DNA from: Haliotis rufescens
Taxonomy: Eukaryota
Length of the DNA: 64,000 nt
NCBI RefSeq assembly: GCF_023055435.1
Contig: NW_025964383.1
Location: forward strand, 20,646,001 to 20,710,000
Reading direction: 5' to 3'
How positions within the stretch are numbered: the first letter of the stretch is position 1; each line of letters opens with the position of its first letter. This document shows, one piece after another, positions 62,510 through 64,000 of this stretch. Below the pieces are notes generated by a model. The model did no database searches, had not been told where the DNA came from, and saw nothing but the letters and a program-made list of their open reading frames with translations. The translations under genes were made by a program, and so were the position numbers.

Positions 62510-63949
62510 TTACGTCGTTAAGTGTACGAGATTCACCATGTAGTCCATATTCTCCCACAACACAGTCAATAGCTTGCCAGCTGCTGGCATTGAGAGTCGC
62601 CCAACTGAAAACAATACCGACATCTGAAATAGATTTGATCTTTCTGTAATTAGTTTTTCCTTTGAATATTTGTTATTTGCTATTATTCGGAACACACTAG
62701 GTTGGGTGTATTTTGCCGCCCGCTCGGGCGGTAATAGTAAATGTATTGTAAGGACAGCCACCAAGCGTGAAGCGTGAAAATCTCGCATAAGTTGTCAGTG
62801 CAGTCAAGTCGACTGTCATGTGTATTTTGCCATGCTTATTTTTGATGTATATCCAATTAGGAAATATTACACGGCTGTTATTGCTTCGACGGGACGAACT
62901 TCATCTGCCAAGCACGGAAATACACCAAGAGCCGGTTGGTTGATCAGCGTCGGTTCACTGGGTATTTGGCGGAATAAATACGGTAGTATTATATGTACAA
63001 AATTGATACAATAAACTCGCCTTGTTAACACACACATATTAATAAGTGAAAATTTGTAATATCTTTAGATATTAGATTAATTATATGAAAAATAAATAAT
63101 TCATGTTATTTGCATATAATTATCACTGTTAATGTGCACGTGAGGCAAATTTGTTACTGTTCTGAGTCACGCATATCTAACCCTTTTGTCTTTTTGTCGT
63201 ATTAAGTCAGACACGTGTGATAATATGATAAAATATGATACGACATGATATGTAATACATGGTAATAAAACATATTTTCATGTTTGTATGTATCAAGCGG
63301 CAATGCATTGTGGGTTTATTGATATCCGGCTGATTAGAACCATGCCTGTTGAGAAGTAAAAGTGTACGCTTTATTAAGGCTCTTTTTCGACATAAAACTT
63401 AGTTGTAGTTGGTCTTCTCATAATTTTTCAAACCCGACTGGCGTCATCGTGAGTGATTACCATATATACTACTCAAAAGAAGTTAAAGAACCACTGCTAT
63501 TTTTCCAATTGATTATAGTTAATCTGCCATGGCTGATAGGAATTGCACCATCTAGCCTTCCATGTGTGGGTGTTGTTTAACTTGTTTTGAGTAGTATATA
63601 CTTGTGTTTATGATAACCATCCGCTGCATGACTCACATGACCCTTTGTCTCATTATCTCGATGGACAGAGTTGTCCCCCTTACCTGCCAGGATCCGGTGA
63701 TGATCGGTTCGATTCCAAGATTCACGCAATAATGATCCTAGTTCTGTCAACAACAAACCCGTTAATGTTGGTTTGTGTGGTAAAACGGTTTGACTAGACT
63801 TGCGCCACTCTGACTTTCTTCTGTATTTAACTTGACACGCCTTTTTATATTTGAAATACTGTTCAACATGGTAATGAACCTTACTCACTCACGCCTTCAT
63901 GTGCTACACTACCGACTGTGTTTCGCAGTAACTGGTAATATTCTCCGAT
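62510..63949 (-). CDS. Candidate chain of short exons (63949-63889, 63743-63684, 62604-62510), unknown protein
   Basis: Canonical AG/GT sites including CAG|GTAAGG and |GTGAGT; one in-phase reading is IGEYYQLLRNTVGSVAHEGV|KLGSLLRESWNRTDHHRILA|VGRLSMPAAGKLLTVLWENMDYMVNLVHLTT*; other site choices are possible. Confidence 0.2.
63467..63596. mobile_element. Tc1-like MITE
   Basis: TIR of about 21 bp TACTACTCAAAA(G/C)AAGTTAAA, TA flanks. Confidence 0.8.
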
Positions 63950-64000
63950 CTGGTACCAAAGTGATTACATTAAATAACCAAAAGCCCTTAAGTACATCGT

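Noticed and set aside
1-64000. Conserved miRNAs, rRNA, snRNA or homeobox exons
   Set aside because: None recognised by eye; this was not an exhaustive search, and cmscan/BLAST would be needed to exclude them.

Overview
This is eukaryotic, AT-rich, gene-poor animal DNA, not a prokaryotic locus. The SINE repertoire (V-domain/RUDI-like, Meta/MESC-like, with (CAAA)n/(CACT)n tails) points to a mollusc; from memory it looks like abalone (Haliotis), which I have not verified. No protein-coding gene can be recognised with confidence, and all long ORFs in the track are translations of tandem repeats. The window holds four interspersed SINE-like families: A, with no tRNA head and a pseudoknot-like 5' end; B, V-SINE-like; D, a short tRNA-Asp-like element; and M, Meta-like. 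All four share a 3' tail stem-loop. It also holds several MITE families, one decayed LINE reverse-transcriptase fragment, about 16 kb of mini/micro/satellite arrays, a 245-N gap and many unique segments rich in transcription-factor motifs. Weak candidate minus-strand exons lie near both ends. The most interesting signal is family A: a tRNA-less retroposon whose 5' end folds into an H-type pseudoknot (with one compensatory change visible in the window) plus duplicated GUAARA hairpins. In one copy this head is amplified into a 24 x 50-bp tandem array. It is a candidate unclassified structured RNA or ribozyme, but this is inference only.
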